Below, piece after piece: positions 53,747 through 60,883 of a stretch of 64,000 nt of DNA. How positions within the stretch are numbered: the first letter of the stretch is position 1; each line of letters begins with the position of its first letter. A program made the translations under genes and the position numbers. The DNA lies in assembly GCA_022750375.1 (NCBI GenBank), contig JAKIVU010000002.1, positions 38,946 through 102,945 on the forward strand, given 5' to 3'. This DNA is from Thermoplasmata archaeon (GTDB taxonomy: Archaea; Thermoplasmatota; Thermoplasmata; Lutacidiplasmatales; UBA184). The notes below the pieces were generated by a model. That model ran no database searches, was not told where the DNA came from, and saw only the letters and a list, made by a program, of their open reading frames with translations.

Positions 53747-54630
53747 GCCGCCACCTTCCGCCCCCGCCACAGGAGGCAGTCCGGGCGGACCGAGCACGGG
53801 CCACAGATGGCGAGATCCCGTTCCTTCGGGCAGTCGCCGGAGATGCCCGTGTGGCAGAGCACGAAGTCGTATCGGACCGGGTCGATCGGGTCGATCCGGC
53901 GCAGCGCCTCGCTCACTTCCTCGACCGCGTCCCAGGAGCGCGTGCGTCGTGCGGTGAGACCGAGGTGGTAGGCGATCCAGTAGACGTGCTGGTCGAGCGG
54001 GACCCGCAGTTCCCCCGTGGGGACCTTCGTCCAGTACCCGAGGTCGGGGTACCGGCCCCGTACCATCCATCGGACGAACAGCGTGAGGCGCTTGCACGGA
54101 CTGCCGGACCGTTCGAGCGGACTGGGAAACAACGCGCGATACCCGGCCGGCGCTCGCCCCAGGTTCCGCGAACGCCCGGTGCCCCGCAGCACCGACGAGA
54201 GGCGGTCGAGCCCGCCGGCGAACCCGCCGGCCGACGACCCCTCGAGGAACGCCTCCTCCAGCGATCGGTGGCCCGCGTAATAGTCCGTGAGCACTCGAAA
54301 GAGGTGGTCGAGTTGATCCCCCCGGATCCACCGGTGACGGAACGCGAGGAGACGTGCACGGCGCTCCGTCGCGTGGACCGGGTCGACCAGCCAGCCGACG
54401 TCCCCGCCCGCGAGCGCGGCGACGCGGCCGATCGCGCCGCGGATGGCGGTCGTGTTCCCGATCGCCAGCGTAGCGCCCAGGATCCCGGCGACCTCCCCTC
54501 GACGGGCATCCGTGGCGAGCGGCCGGATCGAGGAGATCGGGTCGTCCGCGAAGGACCGGTCGAACGCGAACCGCCCGTAGAGCTGCTCGAGATGCTGCGG
54601 GAGCTCAGGGGTCGGACGGTGGGAGCGCAT
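53743..54630 (-). CDS. TIGR02757/DUF2400-like protein (HhH-GPD-superfamily-like, with C-terminal Cys cluster)
   Basis: Start at ATG 54630 (MRSHRPTPELPQHLEQLYGRF..). Contains CKRLTLFVRWMVRG..PDLGYW..VPLDQHVYWIAYHLGL. The C-terminal CPKERDLAICGPCSVRPDC is C-x8-C-x2-C-x5-C, resembling the EndoIII FeS loop. Confidence 0.7.
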   Translation of the reverse strand: MRSHRPTPELPQHLEQLYGRFAFDRSFADDPISSIRPLATDARRGEVAGILGATLAIGNTTAIRGAIGRVAALAGGDVGWLVDPVHATERRARLLAFRHRWIRGDQLDHLFRVLTDYYAGHRSLEEAFLEGSSAGGFAGGLDRLSSVLRGTGRSRNLGRAPAGYRALFPSPLERSGSPCKRLTLFVRWMVRGRYPDLGYWTKVPTGELRVPLDQHVYWIAYHLGLTARRTRSWDAVEEVSEALRRIDPIDPVRYDFVLCHTGISGDCPKERDLAICGPCSVRPDCLLWRGRKVAA

Positions 54631-54727
54631 CGGAGCGGACGACCGCGGGGGCGAATTTACGCTTGCTCGCTGCCGCGGGGGCGGCGGACACTGCCGATAA
54701 CTAGACCGACGTCCTCGCTCGTGGAAG

Positions 54728-55522
54728 ATGCCCGAGCCGGTCGTGCTGCGTCCGACCATCGACCGGCCCTGGCTCGAACGGGCGGCCGCCGCCGACCCGA
54801 TCGCCCACGCCCTCGCTCTCTGGGACCTCGACCACTATCCGGACCGGATCCGATTCGTCTCGGCGGTCCGGGGGGAGGAGACGGTCGGCTACCTCCTCGT
54901 CTGGCTGGGCCATCCGACGATCCCAATCGCCCACTGGTTTGGTCCGAGCGCGGACGCACCGGGCCTCGCGGAAGGTCTCCCGCCTCGCCCCCTCGTCGCC
55001 ATCGCACCGGAAGAAGTGAGCCTCGACATCGCTCGAGCCCGGGGTCCGGTGACACGCCACGGCCTGTTGCTCTACGTCGTCGAGCGCGGGGTCGCCCGGG
55101 CCGTCGCGGGACCGTCCGAGGGGGTCCGCAGGCTCACGCGCGTCGACCGTCCGGCGCTGGTCGCCCTCGCCTCGCGTCGGGGCGACCTGGTCGTCTCGGA
55201 GTACTCGCACATCGACCCCGAACAGGAGGCGATCTGGGGATCGTTCGAAGGAGGACGGCTGCGGGCGGTCGCGCGCGCGGTGGTCCGACTTCCGAACCTG
55301 TGGCTGCTGGGAGGCGTCTACGTCGACCCGAGCGCTCGGGGGAAGGGCCTGGGGGTGGCGGTCGTGGGGGCGGCGCTGGAAGCGGGAGTGCGAGAGGGCG
55401 CGACGGTCGCGCTGTATGTTCGGGCCGACCGTGCGGCCGCGCGGTCCGTCTACGAGCGTGCCGGTTTTCAGCTCCGCGGCCAACGCGTCTGGCTCGACGC
55501 GGGGGCCGGGCTCGAACCCTGA
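54728..55522 (+). CDS. GNAT-family acetyltransferase
   Basis: The C-terminal half carries motif A LGGVYVDPSARGKGLGVAVVGAAL and SVYERAGFQ. The N-terminal half is a GNAT-like extra domain. Confidence 0.7.
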   Translation: MPEPVVLRPTIDRPWLERAAAADPIAHALALWDLDHYPDRIRFVSAVRGEETVGYLLVWLGHPTIPIAHWFGPSADAPGLAEGLPPRPLVAIAPEEVSLDIARARGPVTRHGLLLYVVERGVARAVAGPSEGVRRLTRVDRPALVALASRRGDLVVSEYSHIDPEQEAIWGSFEGGRLRAVARAVVRLPNLWLLGGVYVDPSARGKGLGVAVVGAALEAGVREGATVALYVRADRAAARSVYERAGFQLRGQRVWLDAGAGLEP

Positions 55523-55566
55523 CCCCGAAGACCCCTAAACCCTGATGCGTTCCCGCCCGGCAACCG

Positions 55567-57213
55567 ATGCCCACGAACGCGGATGCCGCCGAACTGTTCC
55601 GGGGGATCGCGGATGTCTTGGACGTCCTCGGCGAACGATTCAAGCCGGAGGCGTATCGCCGGGCGGCGCGCTCCATCGAGAGCTTGACCGAGGGGCTCGC
55701 CGACGTCGCGGCCCGCGGCGACCTGCGCACGATCCCGGGGGTCGGCGACGCGATCGAGGAGAAGATCCGAGAGTACCTCGGCACCGGGCGCCTCGACTAC
55801 TACGACCGACTCCAGAAGGAGGTGCCTCCGGGAATCCTCACCCTCCTACGTATCCCCGGTCTCGGGCCGAAGACGGCCCGACGATTCTGGCTCGAGCTCG
55901 GGGTCGAAGGGCCCGCCGAGCTCGCCGACGCGATCCAACAGCATCGACTGGATGGGGTCAAGGGGTTCGGTCCCAAGAAGATCGAGCAGATCCGCGTCGC
56001 GCTCGCCGCCGCGGCAGGAGCCCCCGCCGCCGCCCGGCTCCCGATCGAGGTCGCGACCGCGATCGCGCAGCGCCTGGTCGCCGGCCTCCGCGCCGCCGGA
56101 GGTGTCGAACAGATCGAGCTCGCGGGGAGCTTCCGTCGCGGCCGGGAGACGGTCGGGGACCTCGACATCCTCGTGACGTCGGCCGACCCCGAGCGGATCT
56201 TCGACGCGTTCAGCCGCCTGCCCGATGTGGGCGAGGTGAAGCTCCGCGGCGGTACGAAGGAGACCGTCGTGCTCCGCGGTGGTCTCCAGGTCGACCTCCG
56301 CGTGGTCGAGCCGGCGGCGTTCGGCGCCGCGTGGCAATATTTCACCGGCTCGAAGGACCACAACGTGCGCCTCCGATCCCTCGCCCGCGACCGCGGATTG
56401 AAGATCAACGAGTACGGCGTCTTCCGCGGTGAGGAACGGGTCGGGGGTCGAACCGAACAGGAAGTGTACGGCACCCTCGACCTCGCCTGGATCCCTCCCG
56501 AGCTCCGGGAGGACCGGGGAGAGATCGACGCCGCCGCGAAGGGCCCACTCCCTCCGCTCGTCGAGCGGACGGACCTCGTGGGCGACCTCCATTTGCATTT
56601 GCCGCCGGGGGCCGGCGCACGAGACGTCGACCAGCTCGTCGCGACGGCGCGCGCACGAAAGCTCTCCTACCTCGGCCTCGTCGTGGCGCGTGTAGAACCC
56701 GACGCGAGCCGGTCGACGTTGTCGACGGCCGTGCTCGACCGACTCGACTCCGTGAAGTCGGCCGGCCTCACGATCGTTCGAGCGGTCGAGGCGGGAGCGG
56801 ACGGTATTCCCGCCGAATGGGCGAAGCTCCGGCACGACTACGTGATCGTACGACCCACGGCGGCACAGGCGGAGCCGCCAACCTCCGCCCGGACTCCGTT
56901 CGGGGCGGCGTTGGTCGCCCACGTCGGCGGCGAGGAGTCCGGCCGACGCTGGGTCGCCTGGGCACGGTCGCAAGGAGCGGCGGTCGAGGTTGGCCCCGGG
57001 CCCGACCGGCTCGACTCGACCGGCGCCCGCACCGCACGGGAGGCCCGGGTCCCGCTCGTGCTGCCGACCGGAGTCGACCGGCAGGAAGATGACCCGACGT
57101 GTCCCGTCGCCCTCGGATTCGCGCGTCGCGCCGGTGCCGGTCCGAGTGACGTGCGCAATACGGCGCCGGTCGCGGAAATTACGGCGGCTTGGTCGAAGAA
57201 GCGGCGGGCGTGA
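55567..57213 (+). CDS. polX: Family-X DNA polymerase with C-terminal PHP domain
   Basis: HhH motifs IPGVGDAIEEKI and IPGLGPKTARRF. Catalytic GSFRRGRETVGDLDILV plus VDLRVV. YFTGSKDHN. The PHP domain begins at GDLHLHLPP. Confidence 0.9.
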   Translation: MPTNADAAELFRGIADVLDVLGERFKPEAYRRAARSIESLTEGLADVAARGDLRTIPGVGDAIEEKIREYLGTGRLDYYDRLQKEVPPGILTLLRIPGLGPKTARRFWLELGVEGPAELADAIQQHRLDGVKGFGPKKIEQIRVALAAAAGAPAAARLPIEVATAIAQRLVAGLRAAGGVEQIELAGSFRRGRETVGDLDILVTSADPERIFDAFSRLPDVGEVKLRGGTKETVVLRGGLQVDLRVVEPAAFGAAWQYFTGSKDHNVRLRSLARDRGLKINEYGVFRGEERVGGRTEQEVYGTLDLAWIPPELREDRGEIDAAAKGPLPPLVERTDLVGDLHLHLPPGAGARDVDQLVATARARKLSYLGLVVARVEPDASRSTLSTAVLDRLDSVKSAGLTIVRAVEAGADGIPAEWAKLRHDYVIVRPTAAQAEPPTSARTPFGAALVAHVGGEESGRRWVAWARSQGAAVEVGPGPDRLDSTGARTAREARVPLVLPTGVDRQEDDPTCPVALGFARRAGAGPSDVRNTAPVAEITAAWSKKRRA

Positions 57214-57601
57214 ACCCGGTACGGGGCGGGACAGCGCGTCCCCCGGAAACAGCCTCTGGCCCGTGAGGGGTCGCCACCAGACAGCTAGTACAGCGGTGGG
57301 CGGACGGTACGAGTCCATGGCGCCAGTAGCAATCGGTACACAGCGCGCGACCGCATCCCCAGCAGCGGGGAGTGGCCGACGAGGAACCGACCGGGGTCGC
57401 GCAGTTGACGCAGGCCCGAGGGGACGTGAGGGGGTCGGCACGGAGCGCGGGGGGCTCGGGAAGCCGCCGGCGGCCCCCGGCCGGGTCGGGGGAGTGCACC
57501 GGACGCTCCGGCGGGACCGGGGCCGTGCGGGGCGGCATGTCCGCTAGCAAAGGCCGTCGGGGCGGGTCGCTCACCGAAAAGGGCACGCCCATACCATTCA
57601 T
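57179..57601 (-). CDS. Putative Pro-rich protein with a four-CxxC zinc-binding module
   Basis: CVNCATPVGSSSATPRCWGCGRALCTDCYWRHGLVPSAHRCTSC holds four CxxC pairs in 44 aa. Start uncertain (ATG 57601, 57592 or 57538). The 3' end overlaps the polX end by 35 nt (convergent). Confidence 0.35.
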   Translation of the reverse strand: MNGMGVPFSVSDPPRRPLLADMPPRTAPVPPERPVHSPDPAGGRRRLPEPPALRADPLTSPRACVNCATPVGSSSATPRCWGCGRALCTDCYWRHGLVPSAHRCTSCLVATPHGPEAVSGGRAVPPRTGFTPAASSTKPP

Positions 57602-58018
57602 ATGACCTTGTCTCGAACGGGGGGTGTTCCACTGGACCTCCCGGGTTCATGTAGGGCCGCGGTGGAGGCGCCGGACGTGTCGGTTGCCCGGCCCTATCGC
57701 ACCCGGACGGTACGTCCGGTCGACCTCGAATCGCACCGCTCCAACGCCGCCATCCCCGTGGCGGTCGTCGTCGTCGTGATCGGGCTCTACCTCGGAACGT
57801 ACTCGGTGCTCTTGCCCGCGTTCCTCGGGTTGATGCTGCTCTTCTCGTCGGGGTCGCTGCTCTCGACGCGGCTGAACCCGTTGAGCCCGATGTTCTACCT
57901 TACGAAGAAGCCGTCGTTCCTCGCAATCGGTGTCGTGTTCCTCAGCTCCCTGATCCTCTTCTACGGCGCGTATGTCTACTGGATTCACCAGATGGGACCG
58001 ATTGTGCCGCACTTCTAG
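57602..58018 (+). CDS. Small membrane protein (3 predicted TM helices)
   Basis: AIPVAVVVVVIGLYLGTYSVLLPAFLGLMLLFSSGSLL..FLAIGVVFLSSLILFYGAYVYWI. The listed ATG abuts the divergent ATG 57601, so GTG 57677 is a plausible real start. Confidence 0.5.
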   Translation: MTLSRTGGVPLDLPGSCRAAVEAPDVSVARPYRTRTVRPVDLESHRSNAAIPVAVVVVVIGLYLGTYSVLLPAFLGLMLLFSSGSLLSTRLNPLSPMFYLTKKPSFLAIGVVFLSSLILFYGAYVYWIHQMGPIVPHF

Positions 58019-58032
58019 GGGCCGACCCGCCC

Positions 58033-59007
58033 CTACGACTCCACCCGGGCGAGCACCTTCAGCGCGGTCAGCGTGATCATCTTGCTCGGTTTCCCGCGCA
58101 CTTCGAGAGCCACGGGGGTGGGGCGGTCCTTCGGGTGTTTCCGGTACCACTCCGCGGCCCCCGCCCCTTCGACGTCCGGGTGGACCGCGTCCAGGTTCCA
58201 GCGACCGTCGGCCCGCCGCTTCTTCTTCAAGAGCCCGAGAGCGAAGCGGAGACGCGGGTCGGAGCCGTATCCCAACGCTGTCACGATGTCGAGCCCGACG
58301 AGGATGTCGTAGTAGTAGTGCACGGGGTAGTGGAACCGGTACCACGGTCGATACCGGGCGCCCTGGCGATGTAGCTCCCGTTCGAGGAAGAATTCCGCGC
58401 CTTGTTCCACCGCCGACTGCATGCTCGCGGTCCGCTTCGACCGGGGGTAGGCCGCCAACGCGCTGAGTCCCTCCCACGAGTCGAGGTTGCGTCCCGAGGC
58501 CGGCCCGTTCCCGAACGACCAGCAGGTCCAACCCCCTTTCGGGTGCGCGGTCTTGACGAGCCACTCGAGGACGCGACGGACCCGTCGGTCGTCGGTGTAC
58601 CCGAACCGGATCAGCGCGCGGGCCATGTTGCCGGCGACGCAGTGATGCGGCGAGCTCTTGGACCCGGGAAGCCACGCATATCGGGTCGCGGAGCGCTCCA
58701 TCCACCACTCGCACGAAGCGCCGACCCGGTCGTCGGCCCGGGTCATGCCGAGGTCGGAGAGCATCAACATCTTCCAGTTGGTCGAGAGATACTTCGGCTG
58801 GTAGAAGTTCCGGGAATTCACCCACCACCCCTCCGGGGACCGCTCCGCGAGGATCTCCGCCGCCCAACCGGTCTCCGGGATCCTCGTCTTCGCGGCGCGG
58901 ACCTCCGGGTCGCGCTCGGGTCGGCCGAGGAGTTCGGTCAGGGTGCGGTAGCGGATCGACGGCTGGTCCTCGGCGAGCAGCCAGTCGAGCACTTTCCGGG
59001 ACGGCAT
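58033..59007 (-). CDS. Alpha/alpha-toroid protein (prenyltransferase/squalene-cyclase-like repeats)
   Basis: Repeated aromatic and GGW-type elements: SPEGWWVN, HPKGGWTCWSF, ADGRWNL, plus DSWEGLSALAAYP. 324 aa. The family call comes from the repeat pattern only. Confidence 0.6.
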   Translation of the reverse strand: MPSRKVLDWLLAEDQPSIRYRTLTELLGRPERDPEVRAAKTRIPETGWAAEILAERSPEGWWVNSRNFYQPKYLSTNWKMLMLSDLGMTRADDRVGASCEWWMERSATRYAWLPGSKSSPHHCVAGNMARALIRFGYTDDRRVRRVLEWLVKTAHPKGGWTCWSFGNGPASGRNLDSWEGLSALAAYPRSKRTASMQSAVEQGAEFFLERELHRQGARYRPWYRFHYPVHYYYDILVGLDIVTALGYGSDPRLRFALGLLKKKRRADGRWNLDAVHPDVEGAGAAEWYRKHPKDRPTPVALEVRGKPSKMITLTALKVLARVES

Positions 59008-59064
59008 GGCCCCGCCCCATGGCCGGCGGTCATCAAGAACTGTCGGGGGAGGTCGCGGAACGGC

Positions 59065-59970
59065 CTACGCCGCGATCATCCGCTCGAGGGCCCGCCGCGC
59101 CCGCGCCGCGGTCGCCTCGGGCACGTCGATGACGAACTGATTCTCGGCGAGGGAGGCACGGATGTCCTCGAGGTCGATCTCCTTCATGTACGGACAGATG
59201 GTCCCCTCGTCGAGCGGGATGAATCGGGTCGTGGGATTCAGTCGCCGCATCCGGTGAAGGATGCCGACCTCGGTCGCCACGAGGACCTCGGGGGCGCGGG
59301 TCTCCTCGGCGAACCGGACCATGCCGTCGGTCGAGAGCACGCGGTCGACCAGCGGGAGCGCTTGGGTCGCGCAGCCGCATTCCGGGTGCGCGACGATCGG
59401 TGCCCCCGGGTGCTCCCGGCGGGCACGGTCCATGTCTTCCGGACGCATCTTGGCGTGGACCGGGCAGTCGCCGACCCACAGGTGCATCGCGCGTCCGGTT
59501 TTCTTGCGCACGTAGTCGCCGAGGAACATGTCGGGGAGGAATAGTATCTCCCGGTCCGCGGGGATCCCCTCGACGACCTTGACGGCGTTCGAACTCGTGC
59601 AGCAGTAGTCGGACTCCGCCTTGACCTCGGCCGACGTGTTGATGTAGGCGACGACGGCCGCGCCGGGGTGCTGCGCCTTCCATTCGCGCAGCTGTTCCGC
59701 CGTGATCGAATCGGCGAGCCCACAGCCCGCCTTCAGGTCGGGGAGGAGCACGGTTCGCGAGGGGTTCAGGATCTTCGCGGTCTCCGCCATGAACCGGACG
59801 CCCGCGAACACGATCACGGGCCGGTCGGCCTCCATCGCCTTCCGGGAGAGATACAGCGAATCGCCGACGAAGTCGGCCGCGTCCTGCACCTCGGGGCGCT
59901 GGTAGTTGTGCGCCAGGAGAACGGCGTTCCGTTCCTCCTTCAAACGAGCGACCTCGGCTTCCAGCGACAT
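59065..59970 (-). CDS. nadA: Quinolinate synthase
   Basis: NAVLLAHNYQRPEVQD, VRFMAETAKILNP, VAYINTSAEVKA, CTSSNA and CPYM motifs. 301 aa. Confidence 0.95.
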   Translation of the reverse strand: MSLEAEVARLKEERNAVLLAHNYQRPEVQDAADFVGDSLYLSRKAMEADRPVIVFAGVRFMAETAKILNPSRTVLLPDLKAGCGLADSITAEQLREWKAQHPGAAVVAYINTSAEVKAESDYCCTSSNAVKVVEGIPADREILFLPDMFLGDYVRKKTGRAMHLWVGDCPVHAKMRPEDMDRARREHPGAPIVAHPECGCATQALPLVDRVLSTDGMVRFAEETRAPEVLVATEVGILHRMRRLNPTTRFIPLDEGTICPYMKEIDLEDIRASLAENQFVIDVPEATAARARRALERMIAA

Positions 59971-59986
59971 CGGCGACCCCGACGTT

Positions 59987-60883
59987 CTAGGTTCGCCGAG
60001 GGCTTAAGCGGGCGGGCCGGAGCTCGAGGTGGTACGGGAGCGCCGGGGCCGAATGGGTCAGCGAACCGAGGCTCGCGGCATCGGCTCCGACGCGACGATA
60101 GGCACCGATCGTGGTCGCGGTGATGCCTCCGGAGAGCTCGATCCAGCGTCCGCGCCGCAGGTGCGCCCGTTCCAGGGCCCGGACGATCGCGAGGGCGCGG
60201 GTAGGGGTCGCGTTGTCGATGAGCAGCGTCTCCGCGCCGGCCCGCGCCGCGCGGAGGGCCTGAGCGACCGACCGAACCTCGACCTCGACCCGCTCCCCGG
60301 GGCGTGCGGCGGCGCGCGCACGTCGCACCGCGTCCTCGAGGGGGACGAGCGCGAGATGATTGTTCTTGACGAGGAGCGCCTCCGACAGGTCGCGACGATG
60401 CGGCCGGCCGCCGCCGTGCACGACCGCGGCTTTCTCGAGGTCGCGGAGGCCCGGCAGGGTCTTCCGCGTCGCCCAGACCTCGAGCGGTCGCGGGCTCCCC
60501 CGAGCCGCACGGACCGCCCGGGCCGTGGCGCTCGCCACCCCGCTCGCGTGCATCATCACGTTCAGGAGCGTTCGCTCGATCCCGAGGATCCGTCGTGCGT
60601 CGCCCCGAAGCCGCAGCACGACCTCCCCGGGGCGGACCGGGGCTCCGTCCTTCCGTGCCACAACGATACGGAGGCCCGCTGCCCGAGCGATCGCGCGCGC
60701 CCAGACGATCCCGGAAACGACCCCGCTCCCCTGGGCGACGACGCGGCCTTCCGCGGAGAGTGCCTTCGGGAGCAGTGCCCGCGTCGTCCGGTCGTGGTCG
60801 ACCCGGTCCTCGGCGAGGGCCCGCCGCGCGACGTCGTTCGCCGACCGGGCCACGTCCCGCGCCCCGCTAGCGCGACGGCGCAT
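59987..60883 (-). CDS. nadC: Nicotinate-nucleotide pyrophosphorylase (quinolinate phosphoribosyltransferase)
   Basis: ALAEDRVDHDRTT, ERTLLNVMMHASGVAS, TRKTLPGLR, LLVKNNH, and LIDN..SGGI. The listed start overlaps the upstream gene by 17 nt; GTG 60853 is an alternative. Confidence 0.9.
   Translation of the reverse strand: MRRRASGARDVARSANDVARRALAEDRVDHDRTTRALLPKALSAEGRVVAQGSGVVSGIVWARAIARAAGLRIVVARKDGAPVRPGEVVLRLRGDARRILGIERTLLNVMMHASGVASATARAVRAARGSPRPLEVWATRKTLPGLRDLEKAAVVHGGGRPHRRDLSEALLVKNNHLALVPLEDAVRRARAAARPGERVEVEVRSVAQALRAARAGAETLLIDNATPTRALAIVRALERAHLRRGRWIELSGGITATTIGAYRRVGADAASLGSLTHSAPALPYHLELRPARLSPRRT

Noticed and set aside
57285-57650. 121-aa minus-strand ORF in the polX / membrane-gene spacer
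   Set aside because: Its Pro/Arg/Gly/Ala-rich translation has no motifs. The overlapping frame with four CxxC pairs (57179-57601) is the more plausible coding frame.
55846-59020. ORFs 55846-57441 (-, 531 aa) and 57647-59020 (-, 457 aa)
   Set aside because: They are antisense or out of frame relative to polX and the toroid-repeat gene, with junk composition.
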